A DNA stretch of 64,000 nt from Octopus sinensis (Eukaryota): assembly GCF_006345805.1 (NCBI RefSeq), contig NC_042998.1:88598001-88662000 (forward strand). Direction: 5' to 3'. Made by a program: the position numbers and the translations under genes. This document shows positions 25,217-37,900 of this stretch, piece by piece. Every line of letters starts with the position of its first letter. Positions within the stretch are counted from its first letter, which is position 1. Below the pieces are notes generated by a model. The model was not told the DNA's origin and did not search any database. It was given only the letters and a program-made list of their open reading frames with translations.

Positions 25217-25236
25217 AAACTACCCTGGCCTCCAAG
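25217..25236 (+). other. Candidate 20-nt microexon
   Basis: Long T tract + ttaaccctcccacag| and donor AAG|gtaggt. Confidence 0.4.
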
Positions 25237-25356
25237 GTAGGTTTTGTTATTTTGATGCCGTTGTCAGCGTTACTGACTTTTATATTTTTCTTCTTTTTAT
25301 TAGTCGTTTATAAAGTAAAAGTAAAAAGAAAAGAAAGATGATTGTCTTATTTATAC

Positions 25357-25744
25357 CAGGATGGTCAACTTGTTTAATAAGAACAGTCAGATATATATTT
25401 TTATACGGTCAAGAGCCGCAACATATTTACATATATATATATATATATATAATATATATATATATATATGTATGTATATATATATCAGCACATTAGACAT
25501 TAAAGATTTATATTTATAAATGAGTAAATATACCGCTTCACTAAAATAGAATGATTAAACTGCTTGTTGAAGGATATTATAGAATCTTCATTTCATGCAA
25601 TTAATACTTTAAACCCTAACTCGTAGGATGTTAAAGCTGATTCCGGAAAAAAGAACCCCACTGAAACCCTATATGATCTCGGGTGCTTGATATAGTAGCT
25701 TTTAGAACCGCATGCGGCTCGCGATCAGCAGTTTGGCCACCCAG
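25357..25744. mobile_element. hAT-like MITE, degraded
   Basis: Ends CAGGATGGTCAAC / TTTGGCCACCCAG with subterminal GAGCCGCA / TGCGGCTCGCGA motifs typical of hAT MITEs. An 8-bp TSD is not convincingly preserved. Confidence 0.55.
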
Positions 25745-27570
25745 TACTTGACCAACTCAAATCTAATGTGTGAATCCCATCGGTTTCAAAAACAGCTTTT
25801 TTCTAGCTTGATTAGATAGTTTTCAAGTTAAAGGTCGCCGTTTCCTTTTAAACTTACTATCAATGGGCCTTAAATTATATAATTATATGATAGTTAAGTT
25901 TAGTCGGTGACACGCCTCTTTAGAACAGTGTTTATGTGCTAATTATTACTTAAAATATATAGCCTGTGTACTTTCCGTATCTGTTGTAAATAATAGTAAG
26001 AGTATTAGTCGTATTATGAATCCAGGGCTTAACATTTTCGATGAACTAGATGTTAATTCTCGATCGATAATATTAAGAATATTACAAAAATACCTCTGTT
26101 ATAGCTAATATTTATCTTTTATAGTTTGATATACATGTCACTTACCTGACGAATACTTATATTTTATATATTTCCTGTACACCACATCTTTGCAGATGAA
26201 TAATTTCGGTTTTCTTTTTTATATGAAATCGAGAAGGATTATTGATGTACTATTTTCCCTCATAATGTAAACACAACATATCCCTTATACATATAACTAA
26301 ACATGTTTTACAATTAAATCATTCACAAAAAATACTTGTTACTCTTCCACTAATTTAAACTTCGCTTTTTTATGCCGGTATTCTTGATTTAGGTGGATAT
26401 TTTGTAGGTAAAGTTTCATATAAAACTGATCATAATATTTTGTTCTCATTATCATTCGTTTTCTATGATCATAATTTGAGAATAACTAACGATATTTATT
26501 AACATTATTTATTTTCCTCGTCATTAGAATTTTTGATTTATTCAGAATTGCTTTATTATGAACAAGAAAATAGTGTATAGTGTTCAATTTATCGATTACT
26601 ATTGACATTCAGTGATATTTGTTAATTCATTGTTTTTGCTGAACCAATTCATTCAAAGCCTTAATCCCTTCCTTTTTTTTTTTTAATTCATAATCTTCTT
26701 GATACAATGCGCGCGATTATAAAACAACACACGTGAACGTGTGGGTAAGCTGTCAAATACACATATTTATTATTCGGTTTATATTAGGTTAATTTATGAG
26801 TAGGTTTATATCAGGTTGATTTCACCACTTTACTTAAGAGGAGAATGAAACTTGCTCGAAGGACCTGATGCTAAATTTCTTAAAAACTGAACTTATTACT
26901 AATTATTAACGATAAGATTATTTGTAGCTTTTTACACACACACACCCACACACACGCACGCACTAGTGTGTGTGTATGTATGTATGTATGTATATCGTGG
27001 GTGGTGGAAACTTCAACGCCTTCAGTGACTAGTAATTCTATTAATTTCATCCCAGATAGTTGCAGGTAGTACATTATACGTATACTTGTATAGTGTGTGT
27101 GTCTTTGCGCGTGTGTGTGAAGCTGAAACTTCAGAAACTGTCTTTCCGAGTTACTTGCTTCCGATCTTCAAACGATTATGGAAGAAGAAACAAATCTGTG
27201 TTTCCCTGTCTCTCGTTCTCTTTGTCTCGCTCTATTTCTCCCACTCACACACACACACATGACATTAATCGGCACTCTCAAACGAATATGTCTCGGTACC
27301 ATGCTGTGTTTGTTGTTTTCAGTGACTATGTGGTCTCCAAGATACATAGACACCCACTCACTCTTGACTCTGTAGAACATTGAGGATGTGAGAGCTGAAA
27401 GGAGTGCAAGAGCTGCACAAGTAGTCATCTGCTACTAATTATCAGCTGAGTAGAGTAGACCAATATGAAATGAAGTGCCTTGTTCAGGAACACAGTACAA
27501 AACTTGGTCTGGGAGTTGAACCCATGATCTTATGATTGTGAGTCCAACACTAACCATTAAGCCACATACC

Positions 27571-27605
<35 letters not shown>

Positions 27606-28665
27606 ATCATGTATGTAATATGTCATCATCATCATCACATTACATCCACTTTCCATCCCAGCAATAGCTGGAAAGGTTCATCAGTGTCTCAGTCATTTCT
27701 TATTGCCCCCACATACAGCAAGGACATGATTCTCTCCTTTGTTTCATTAATGGGTTTGATTTTTATTGGTGGATACCTTTCATATCAGCAGTCATTTTAC
27801 AGTGTATTTTCTGTAAAGTGACTGGAGTGCGTGTGTGTGTGCATATGTACATACAATCATTTACTAGTCTGGTAAACTATAAAGTATTCCTTTTCAAGTA
27901 TATCAAGTTTTAATTTTAATTAATTCCAGAATATATTTATAATTAAAAATTTTGCTCCTTTTTATTGCAAAGGATCTGTTTTAAAATTTTGTTGAAAAAT
28001 TTATCGGTTCAACCTGAACTTTAATTAGAAAAGAAAATCAATACGTAGCTCAAGTTTAGCCCTATATAGGTTCAAAATTCTGTAAGACTGACTGAATTAA
28101 ATTATATCTTGAATCTCATTTTTTTTTGTGTCTGATAAATTTACCTAGTTAACATCATGTTGAGAAATTTTTATTGTGATGTAATTTGTAGTATTTATTT
28201 CAAAGAAAGTTTTTGAATAAACATATCTTCTCATGAAAAAAAAAACAAACTATTAGATCTACATCATTTTATATTTCCTACTGTCCAGCAATGGATGAAT
28301 ACAAGATATTGTTTATTTAAAATGAATTTTTCCAGTGTTTTGGTTATACTCCTTTTGATGCTTATGCATCTGAATTACCATTTACACAGAAGTAATGGAT
28401 CTTAAGATATAATCAACATATTTTTCCAAAGAGCTGAAGTTAGTAGCATACTGCCTACACATTTCCTTCAGTTCTCTGGTCTGTTGAAGTTTAAAATAGA
28501 TGACAGTGATGACCTTTCTTCTTTTGCTCTTTAACAATCTACAAAAATTCTTAAGTAGTTATGTATGCATAAATATCTATGTATAATTTTCATATATACT
28601 TATATATGAATATATACCTGTTTATATATGTTTGTGCATGATGCGTGTGCATTTTTATATAATAT

Positions 28666-29360
28666 TTGAGGTAGTATCAAAAAGTTCCCAGCCTAGTTCT
28701 GTAGTACACCAACAGATGGCAGCACACAGTTGCATTTGCAGTGAGAGCTAGCAGTGTCCTTCATGAGACAGTGTGCCGAGTGACATTGCTGTATTTGTGA
28801 GATTTTTGTTTTTGGAAGATGATGAGTCATTTGGAAGACCTGTCAAGAGCGTCACCCCCAGAATTTGTTTCCCAGGGTCAGACCTGTCAATTGAGAGTTC
28901 TGCTGCAACATTTTGAAGCATTTGACAGAAGACATTCAGCAAAAATAACCGGATCTGTGGAGCACCAAGAATTGGCTTCTTCATGACAACAATGCACCCT
29001 GTCATGAAGCTCTCTTCACTCATGAGTTTCTTGCCAAAGACAACATGGTATCGCTTCCACAGCTGCCCTATTCACCAGATTTAGCACCTGTGAACTTCCA
29101 TCTCTTCTCCAAGATGAAAATACAGCTCAAAGGTTGCTGTTTTAACACTGTTGTTGAGCTCCAGAGCGAATTGCAGAAGGTCCTCAACTCATTTACGGAA
29201 AACGACTTCCAGGCTGGATTCCAAAAGTAGCAGGAACACTGGGACTGCTGTATTGCTGTGCAAGGTGACTATTTCGAAGCAGATGATGCTAAAACTTAGT
29301 TATATAAGTTATTTTTTAGTAAACATAACTAGTATGGGAACCTTTTCATGCCACCTAGTA
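28666..29360 (+). mobile_element. Internally deleted mariner element
   Basis: Imperfect TIRs (GAGGTAGTATCAAAAAGTTCCCAG.CTAGT / ACTAGTATGGGAACCTTTTCATGCCACCTAGTA). Transposase C-terminal remnants HDNNAPCH and LPYSPDLAPVNFHLFSKMKIQLKG. The N-terminal HTH region is missing. Confidence 0.88.
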
Positions 29361-29361
29361 T

Positions 29362-29465
29362 GAACACACACACACACACATACACACACATACACTCACA
29401 CACACACACACACATACACACACATACACTCACACACTCATAGATAGACAGATAGATAAATAGAT
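29362..29465. repeat. (CA)n followed by (TAGA)n microsatellite
   Basis: Direct reading. Confidence 0.9.
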
Positions 29466-29761
29466 ATAGTAACATGTTACCCTGTACAACCAGTTGCATG
29501 GTTTGGTCATTGGTGACTAAACTGGCAACCACATATAGCCTGTTTGGTGAGTTGGGTGGTTTTTGGTCAATTAAAGTGAAAAACAAATCCTGTGAAAAAA
29601 GATGGATGAACTTAAGAGACTCAATGCCTATCCAGTAATGTGTGTACATGTGTACACACACACACACACACACATTGGAAAATGGATGATAAAGGATGAT
29701 GATGATATGCATGTTCATATTTGAATTTACAGTTATATGTAAATATAACTGTGCGTGAGAA

Positions 29762-30500
29762 AACCCGGCAAGACCAGTGAGAACAGTCAGTGAGAACAGT
29801 CAAAATCAAAATCAAACCAAATCAATACATATATCAGAAAGCAGAACCAAATTGAGGTCGATCAACATCAGGGCCCCCGTGCAGGTGACACGTAAAAGCA
29901 CCATCCGTTCGTGGCCGTTTGCCAGCCCTGTCTGGCCCCCGTGTCGGTGGCACGTAAAAGCACCATCTGCTCGTGTCCGTTGCCAGCCTCGCCTGGCACC
30001 CGTGCCGGTGACACGTAAAAGCACCATCCGTTCGTGGCCGTTTGCCAACCCTGTCTGGCCCCCGTGTCGGTGGCATGTAAAAGCACCATCCGTTCGTGTC
30101 CGTTGCCAGCCTCGCCTGGCCCCCGTGCCGGTGACACGTAAAAGCACCATCTGTTTCCTGGCCGTTTGCCAGCTCTGTCTGGCCCCCGTGTTGGTGGCAC
30201 GTAAAAGCACCATCCGTTCGTGTCCGTTGCCAGCCTCGCCTGGCCCCTGTGCCGGTGACACGTAAAAGCACCATCCGTTCGTGGCCGTTTGCCAGCTCTG
30301 TCTGGCACCTGTGCGGGTGCCACGTAAAAAGCACCCACTACACTCACAGAGTGGTTGGCGTTAGGAAGGGCATCCAGCTGTAGAAACACTGCCAGATCTG
30401 ACTGGGCCTGATGAAGCCTTCCAGCTTCACAGACCCCAGTTGAACCGTCCAACCCATGCTAGCGTGGAGAACGGACGCTAAATGATGATGATGATGATGT
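29762..30500 (+). mobile_element. RTE 3' end with expanded alternating 61/62-bp VNTR
   Basis: Seven full units in ABABABA order at 29889-30320, then the common terminal segment and (GAT)n at ~30482-30499. Confidence 0.85.
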
Positions 30501-30769
30501 AAAGTGTTCATGGGACAGGATAGTCTTATAGGAAACCTACAATGTTTCTAAACATTGGCTGTTTTACTTTCCTTTTGTTTGTTGTTAGCTCAATGGCTAC
30601 CTTCTGATACTAACCTGCCTGAAACTGTTCTTGACTTTGTGGTACAAGCTTTCTGTTTTAAAGTGACTCAATCAAAACCTTCCATCAACATTTCGTGGTA
30701 ATTTGTGATCCAGACAACAGCTCAATAATGACCATATTATTTTATTTAATTCTTCTTTATCCTCATTAT

Positions 30770-32255
30770 CATCATCATCATCGTTAAGCGTCCATTTTCC
30801 ATAGCATAGGTAAGACAGTTTGACTGGAGCTTGTAAGCCAGAGAGCTGCACTGGGCTCCAGTTTGTTTTGGCTTGGTTTCTATGGCTGGATGTCCTTCCT
30901 AATGCCAACCACTCCACAGAGTGTACTGGGTGCTTTTCACTTGTCACTGGCATGGGTGTCCTTTACGTTTCACTGGCATGGGTGCCTTTTACATGTCACT
31001 GGCCATGACTATGATTTCACTTAGCTTGATACGTCTTCTCAAGCACAGCAAACTGCCAAAGGCCTCAATCACTTGTTATCACCTCTGTGAGATTCAGCAG
31101 CCAAAGATCATACTTTGCTACCTTGTCTCATGTCTTTCTGGGTCTACCTCTTCTTCAGGTTCTCTCCACAGTTGGAGATCGGCATTTCTTTATGCATCTC
31201 ATGACTATACCAGTGCAGTCTTCTCTTTTGCACACTATATCTAATGCCTCTTTACTTACACTCAGTCATATGAGCACACTGACATTGCACATCCAGCAAA
31301 GCATACTAGATTCATTTCTTTCAAGCCTTCACATGTCCTCTGCAGTCACAGACCATATGTCACTACCATTTAGCATGGCTGTTCACACAAAGACATCATA
31401 CAATCTGAAGGTAAGGCCCTTTGTTACAAACAAAGGTAGAAGCTCTCTGATATTTTCCCTGCCCATACTTCTAGCAGCTACACTCTCAGAGCATGCTCCT
31501 CCACTGTTGACTTGGTAATGGAAGCTATCAACTATTTCTACATATTCCCCTGGGCATTATGTGAAGACTGTTTTCTGTACATTTCTTGTGTTTAATGTAC
31601 ATATATGTCTGCCACACACTAAGATTACTTTCTCTGTTAACCTTCCTCTGATGTTGTTGCACCTCTTAGGTATCCATAGCATGCACTGGGTACACCATAT
31701 GGAATTCCTTATTTCTTTACTGCCCACAAGGAGCTACACACAGAGGGGACAAACAAGGACAGACAAACTGATTAAGTTGATTATATTGCCTCCAGTGTGT
31801 AACTGGTACTTAATTTATCGACCCCGAAAAGATGAAAGGCAAAGTTGACCTCTGCGGAATTTGAACTCAAAACGTAACGGCAGACGAAATACAGCTAAGC
31901 ATTTCGGCCGGCGTGCTAACATTTCTGCCAGCTCGCCGCCTTCTAAACACCATATGAAGTTTCTGTCAATACCTTTCCTACAAATCAAGCAGGGCCATCT
32001 CCCTGAAGGGATTTGGGATTTGTCTGCTTTCCTACTTATTAAGACTTTGGTCATTGCTAAATTAACTCTAAGGTCCCTTGATTCTAGACCTTGCTTCTAC
32101 ACCTGAAATTTCTTCTCTAGTTCTGGTAGTGATTCAGCTATAAGAACAAGGTCATCAGTATAGAGGAGCTCCCAAAGGCAGACTGTCTTAAATTCCTTTG
32201 TTATAGCCTGGAAGACTATGGTGATAAAGACAGGGCTGAAAACCTGTTCTTGGTG
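30770..32255 (-). mobile_element. 5'-truncated RTE LINE (RT C-terminus, 3'UTR, (GAT)n tail)
   Basis: Minus strand: ELLYTDDLVLIAES, LRVNLAMTKVL, WPCLICRKG, GRPRKT...AVLEKT, followed by a short repeat 3'UTR and GAT repeats. Interrupted by a SINE at ~31790-31940. Confidence 0.82.
31790..31940 (-). mobile_element. Young SINE inserted into the RTE relic
   Basis: GGCGGCGAGCTGGCAGAAATGTTAGCACGCCGGCCGAAATGCTTAG...GAGTTCAAATTCCGC head on the minus strand. CpG-rich. Confidence 0.8.
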
Positions 32256-32793
32256 AACTCGAGTGAAACAAAAGCAGTGTATTTCATCAGAAATATGCTA
32301 ACAAAAGGGTTAAAGTCTGGCACATTAGCCACACATAAAATAAAATTTGATATGTGGGTAATTTTTGTTCTTCATCTATCCACTATTTTCACTGCAAGTC
32401 AGTAACATCTTAGGATTGCAAGCAGACAGTGGACCTTCCATTATGGTGATTTAGGCTTTACACATACCTGTGATAAGAAAATCTCATTACATCTGTCATT
32501 TCCTCACTTGTGAGCATACACACAGATAATGTAGTGTAGGTAGTGCATTTATAATTCTCCTGTTAGTCACATAACTTCATTGTTCATTTAAATGTCACTG
32601 GTGTGTGAGAAGTGGAGTCTTGGTACTACTGCACTGGTGTATGTTTTTGCCACCATGAGGGTCCACAAGGAAGGGAACAAAGGATAGCCATACTCAATAG
32701 TAACTTGATAGCCACCTTGTGTACACACTCACTCACTCACACATACACACATGTTTGTGTATTTGTATATAAATGTGTGTGTGTGTGTGTGGA

Positions 32794-33100
32794 GGCGCAA
32801 TGACCCAGTGGTTACGGCAGCGGACTCGCGGCCGTAGAATCGAGGTTTTGATTCCCAGACTGGGCGTTGTGAGTGTTTATTGAGCAAAAACATCTAAAGC
32901 TCCACAGGTCTCTGGCAGGGGATGGTGACGATCCCTGCTGTACTCTTTTGCCGCAACTTTCTCTCACTCTTTCTTCTGTTAGCCTGCTTGCTTAGCCATT
33001 GGAGTGACATCATTTGAAGGTTAAAACAATGCGAAGCACATTGTGACCAGCGATGTGTAGCAACATTTGATAACCTGGTCGGTTACGTGATCACGTGATA
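32794..33100 (+). mobile_element. tRNA(Arg)-derived SINE
   Basis: tRNA-like head GGCGCAATGACCCAGTGGTTACGGCAGCGGACTCGCGG...TTGATTCCCA with A/B boxes and a TCG anticodon position, followed by ~230 nt of non-tRNA body. tRNA-Arg-derived SINEs are described from octopus. Confidence 0.75.
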
Positions 33101-34160
33101 TATATATATGTATATGTATAAACTACGATGATGATGATATATATTATAAAAATGAAAAAATGTATAAGCAAATGACGTAATGTATACTGAATGTAAAAAT
33201 GAACAAGAGACAAACAAAAGGTCCATAATTCTTCAATTATCAACCAGTTGGTAATATTCAGTTTTGCACCCTTAATGATAAGACTGAGTGCTTCCCAATT
33301 GGTGGTACCTGCAAAAAACGTTTACATGCAGAGAATTAGGACAAGAGCAACCAAAACAAAACAAAACAGGCAAAATGGCACTGAGTGTGATTTAGGATGA
33401 GGACAGACAGAGTGTGATTTAGGACAAGAACAAAATATGGCCATGGGGTCAAGGAGTCGAGAATAGTGGGTAACACTTATAAAATGTCTTGAAGGATGGT
33501 AAACTGAGAGACAGATAATTTGCAACAGGTCAGCTATGGGGCCAGTGTAAGAAAGGAAGGAAAAAGGGAACTGGCCACTAATCATGTGACAGCAGCAGGC
33601 AGAGGAGAAAGACAGCAGGGTGAGGGAACGACAAAGGAAAACAGTAAGGTATGAAGGGGAAGAAGAAGGGATAGGAATACAAGAGGGGAGAGAGAGAAAA
33701 GGTGTAAGTAGAAAGGCTAGAATAGAAGTGAGAGGGTGAGAGAAAGAAAAGGGGAACAGACTGAATATTTGTATGTAAAAAATGATAAACAAAGAAACTG
33801 TAATTCTTGTCAACAAAATATTCTTGTTATATGTTAAATATTTGAAGTTTTTTGGTGGTTTGTTATTTAAATGAATACTGGTTATGTTGGTTCCCCAACA
33901 TGTCTAAATGCATACCTTACTCAGTCTTGAGCTCCCATCATTTTAATCACCAACTAATATTTATTGAAAATCATATCTTATAATTTCTGTTTATTTTGTG
34001 AGTTACTAAAAACATACTCTTGTAAACTAGTTGGCATTAGGGTGGGCATCCAGCCATAGAAACCATGCTAAAGCAGACATTGGAGCTTGGTGCAGTTCTC
34101 TGTTTAGCCAGCCCCTGTCAAACCATCCAACCCATGCCAGCATGGAAAATGGACATTAAA

Positions 34161-34490
34161 TATTATTATTATTATTATTATTATATGAAAACTCACAGCT
34201 TATTTTACTGGGTATGATGGAAAGTATCAGTTGTCCACAGCCAGCAGACTAAGGTGACACTTGTTTACTGGTTATACTTCAAGAACCCTGCAAAGAATTC
34301 TTGTAGTTCCAAGCAATGCTGATTTTTGTAGGTGTTCTATCTTTACATTTGTACCAATCTTTTTCAGCCATGATGGTAGTTGAGTGCTGATACTTCCAAG
34401 TGCACCAATTACGTCTACTCTCTTCATTGACACAACCTTCGTATTTCCCACTTTCACTCATCATAGTTGTTTGATTATTATTATTATTAA
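34161..34490 (-). mobile_element. R4/Dong-like (RLE-type) LINE 3' end in a (TAA)n tract
   Basis: VIGALGSISTQLPSWLKKIG...IEHLQKSALLGTTRILCRVLEV* matches the RLE-clade ORF C-terminus. ~85-nt 3'UTR, then (TAA)n at 34161-34184, with TAA repeats also at the 5' junction (34474-34489). Confidence 0.8.
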
Positions 34491-35879
34491 GTTATCTGTT
34501 TTATGGGGGAAATAAACAAAATAGCTTCACAACATTCCACTTCATCAAACAATACAAACAATAAAACTTGCATGACAATATCCTGTGCATGACTAGTGGT
34601 GGAGAAGAGCAATGTAGTTCTCAGTGAAACTGTGGGTATTAACAAAAATCAAGTGTTTGGTCTGTTCTAGAGGAGTTTTAGCCTGAGTACTCTGGATAAC
34701 TTCCAGAATGCTACCAGGTGAGAAGGGCAATGTACCATCAGCCAGGCTTATCAAGATATGCACAGAGCAATGAAAACACTTTGCATGCAACTTGTGCAAT
34801 GCCCAAATATTGTTGATCTCTAGATTTATGTGAAAACAACAGGAGGACACATCTTATTGACTGAGTCCATCATGATGATCCCCCACTATCACCTTCCTTT
34901 GGTTGGGATAGGGAGAATTTTTCTTCTGTTGGCCATGGCAACGGGATGGACATGTTCTTTTTTGATCATGCTCTTATGGGTTATTTTTATAATTTTCTTT
35001 TGGAGAGGAAGGTTTGGATGAATAGAGAGGTGGTATCCTTCCATAAATGTGTGGAAAATGTGAGCATGGCCTGAGTGAATGTGCTTAGATACAACAGAAA
35101 TAGTTGTAATAAAAGGGTTGAATGTCAGTGGATTTTTTTTTATTTGGAAAGGGGGAAACTAACCATGGAAAATGTGGTAGCATTTGAAGGCTGTCAAATG
35201 TCTTCAAAATTTTACTTCAAAGAGAGAAGTTAACTTTTAGTCCCCTCATAAAGCAGCAGCTACAACACTAATAACAAATCCATGACAAAATCAACACAAT
35301 GATGACAACTACATCAATATAAATTAAAAATCAAACAGCAAAAACTAACTGTTAAAAGCACTATCTGTCACAAATAATTTGATGTGTCTTCATCCAGACA
35401 ACAAAAAGCAAGTAATTCCTATAGACATGCATTGCCTTTGCTGTCCATGAATATCTTGTCTGGCAATGAGGATGAATCAGAAAATCCCCTTTTGATCCAG
35501 TTATAAAGATCATTAAGACTTTAAAGGTTCTGCTGGCTTAAAGTCTGCAACAACAATGTAGACAAGAACAACAAAAGCATCAACAAACAGTAGCAGCAAC
35601 AACTAAAACAATAGTAGACACTCCTCAGTTTTCCTGTTGTTCTAAAGAGTTTGGAGTTGATGGAATTCATAAAATTACAAACATTAAGTTAAAATATTAT
35701 TCTCCTAAAAACTGCAAAGGAATGATTCTGATGAGTAAAATATCTGGAATATATTGAACTATGTGGGAGAAACTGCCAATGAATCTGGGGTTGTTTAAAA
35801 ATGTTAGTGAGTCCTTCAGTGTGTGAAAACACAATGCACTCCATTATCTGTAAAATATGTGGTCTTTTATTTCCTACTA

Positions 35880-37900
35880 GAACATTGTTGAGAGTGAGAT
35901 GCTTGAATGCACATGGCCAAAAGTGTGTCTGGATGAAGTATCACCTACAGAATGATCTTAGATGACTAAACTTAGATGTAATAGTTATAAGCAAGACTAG
36001 CACTTGTCAGAAATTTGCACACCTGAATGATTGTAAACCAGATTTAGTATGATGGCAGCATTGTACCCAGAAGATCTGAATTTTTAAGTAAAGATATTTC
36101 TGGACCTATATGATACATTGGTTGTCCTAGATGTAAGAGAAATAATGACGATGCCATGAGGATGGTGGTTGATTATGCTTTGACAAGAGGTAGACTTAGC
36201 ATCTGAATACTTTTTCATAACATCCTGGTCATTAATGTTAATGGTTGAATGGAATGATATCTTAAAACACAATCTAGGATTTTGTGTTAGTAGCTGTTAA
36301 GAGGAGTAGGTATAAAAGCCTCTTAGCCTTGTTCAGACACTCCTTCTGTCTGATAAGTTTTAACTGGATTTCCTAAATGTGCCGTTGTGGACATTATCAA
36401 ACCAGTGGCTTTTTAAAGTTGTATTTAGAGTTTATGTTTGTTAATAGTTAGCAACAGTGTTGGATAACCACAATTCAAAGCAGTTAACTACACAGAGAAC
36501 TTATTTGTGATCTGCTCTGTGAGCCTATATAAATTATCCAGACAAGGGCTTAGTTACTGTAAACTGTGACTGGCGTAGGATGCTTAAAGGAACTGATTTA
36601 GTGAGCTAGTTAAACAAGAATTGATAGGGGCAAACCTCAATAATACATTAAAAAGTAAACTTAGTATAACTCCCTTAGTTTTAGGAAGAAACTAGAAGGT
36701 ACAATAGATTGAAATAGAATCTATTAAGTAGACTTGCAGAGGCTGTTAGGAAAGGCATCATATACAATGCAAATTCTTTGATACAAAACCAAAATATTGC
36801 ATTGTTCAAGATAAGGCATGTGTATTTAGACATAGAGATTCAAATCAGTGCAATTTTCTGGCTAGTGGTAGCATAAGGCTGTAACAAAAACACAATTTAG
36901 TCTGATGGATTACAGTATGCATATGCTATTTGATTCCAAACATATATGTGTTATTTTTTTACAGTTGAACTTTGCCAAACTTCAGGAGTGATGGTCTGGA
37001 GAGAGTGAACTTTGATGCTGATCATGACAGTCTGCCATTATTCTCAGTGGATGATGCAAAGTTCAGTGTAAAGCTGCTGATCAAGGGGTTGGGACTTGTT
37101 ACTAACTGTATAGTCAGAGATGCTTGCATCTGTGTGATCCTTGTCAGATCTATTTGTGGCAGCTTTCTCCTCATGATATATCATTGTCACTGCTATTTCT
37201 GACTCACTCTATGATGTGATACATTGTATAATGGGTCTGGAATAGAGCTGCCTTTGGAGAGCTGCTTATCAATTTAGATTGGGCTAAACTCTTGAATAGT
37301 GTTGAACATCCACCTGGTGGCTGTCCTAAGTGCAGCTGGTTTGGGTCCCTCTTTCAGTGGCTGTATTATTAAAATAAACAGTGGTAGATATAGTGGTCAA
37401 ACTAAATGTATCATATGTTTTGTCCATCAAGGATGCATTCTGTCATCTCTCTTTTGTGTTCTAGTCTTTGAGGCTGCTACAAAAACTGGAGATATTAAGG
37501 GGTGTCCTGTATGGACTGGAACACAGTACAGTTACATCTGCATCTAGGGTTGGCATCACCTTAATGCTTTCTGATACGTTGCTAATTGAGGTGGTTGGCA
37601 CCTTATTGAAGGAATATTGAGAGGCAAGAAGGGCCCACAGTAATCAGAAAAGCCAGAACTTGGTATCTGTAGAAATAAATGTATATTGGACTTCTGCTTT
37701 TACTACTGGAGTGAAGGTACTGGTTAAGGGGGTTTCAACTGTCTCACCTTATCAGAAGACCTTACACAGGAAGTACTTTTCTAAAAGTATAAGCTGTTCC
37801 TAGATTGGAATATTTTGGAGTACTCACATGTCTGCCTTGATGTCCAGCTATCCCAGCTAGTATGATAGGACTGAATATAATGCCCTATGTAAATACGAAA
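35880..37900 (+). mobile_element. Ancient degraded Tx1 ORF2 relic related to the 7.4-12.8 kb element
   Basis: Broken translations collinear with the young ORF2: LQNDLR*LNLDVIVISK vs LLNDLRSHRLDVVVITE; HLVAVLSAAGLGPSFSGCI vs YLTAVLAAAGFGPTFRGWI; VHQGCILSSLFCVLVFE vs VRQGCPRSPLLYVLALE. Boundaries are approximate. Confidence 0.72.

Larger units (their letters stand above)
24000..27300. promoter_or_regulatory. CpG-retaining non-TE region, candidate promoter / first exons
   Basis: By eye, many CpGs in AT-rich unique sequence compared with CpG-poor flanks. Strong donors on both strands (+24667, +26746, -26148, -25004 approx.). Confidence 0.4.

Noticed and set aside
29777-30452. Four overlapping 149-194 aa ORFs with repeated peptides; CRISPR-like look of the array
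   Set aside because: Artefacts of a stop-poor GC-rich tandem repeat open in several frames on both strands. There are no unique spacers, no cas genes, and the context is eukaryotic.
32794-32866. tRNA-Arg gene
   Set aside because: The cloverleaf is degenerate (acceptor stem not closed) and runs into a SINE body, so it is called as a SINE head.
33322-33816. 164-aa hydrophobic ORF on the minus strand
   Set aside because: Low-complexity pyrimidine-rich strand of a purine-rich repeat, with no domain or splice support.
35728-35760. CTGATGA hammerhead-core hits (also ~30407, ~49198, ~49845)
   Set aside because: No flanking stems or correctly spaced GAAA core could be built.
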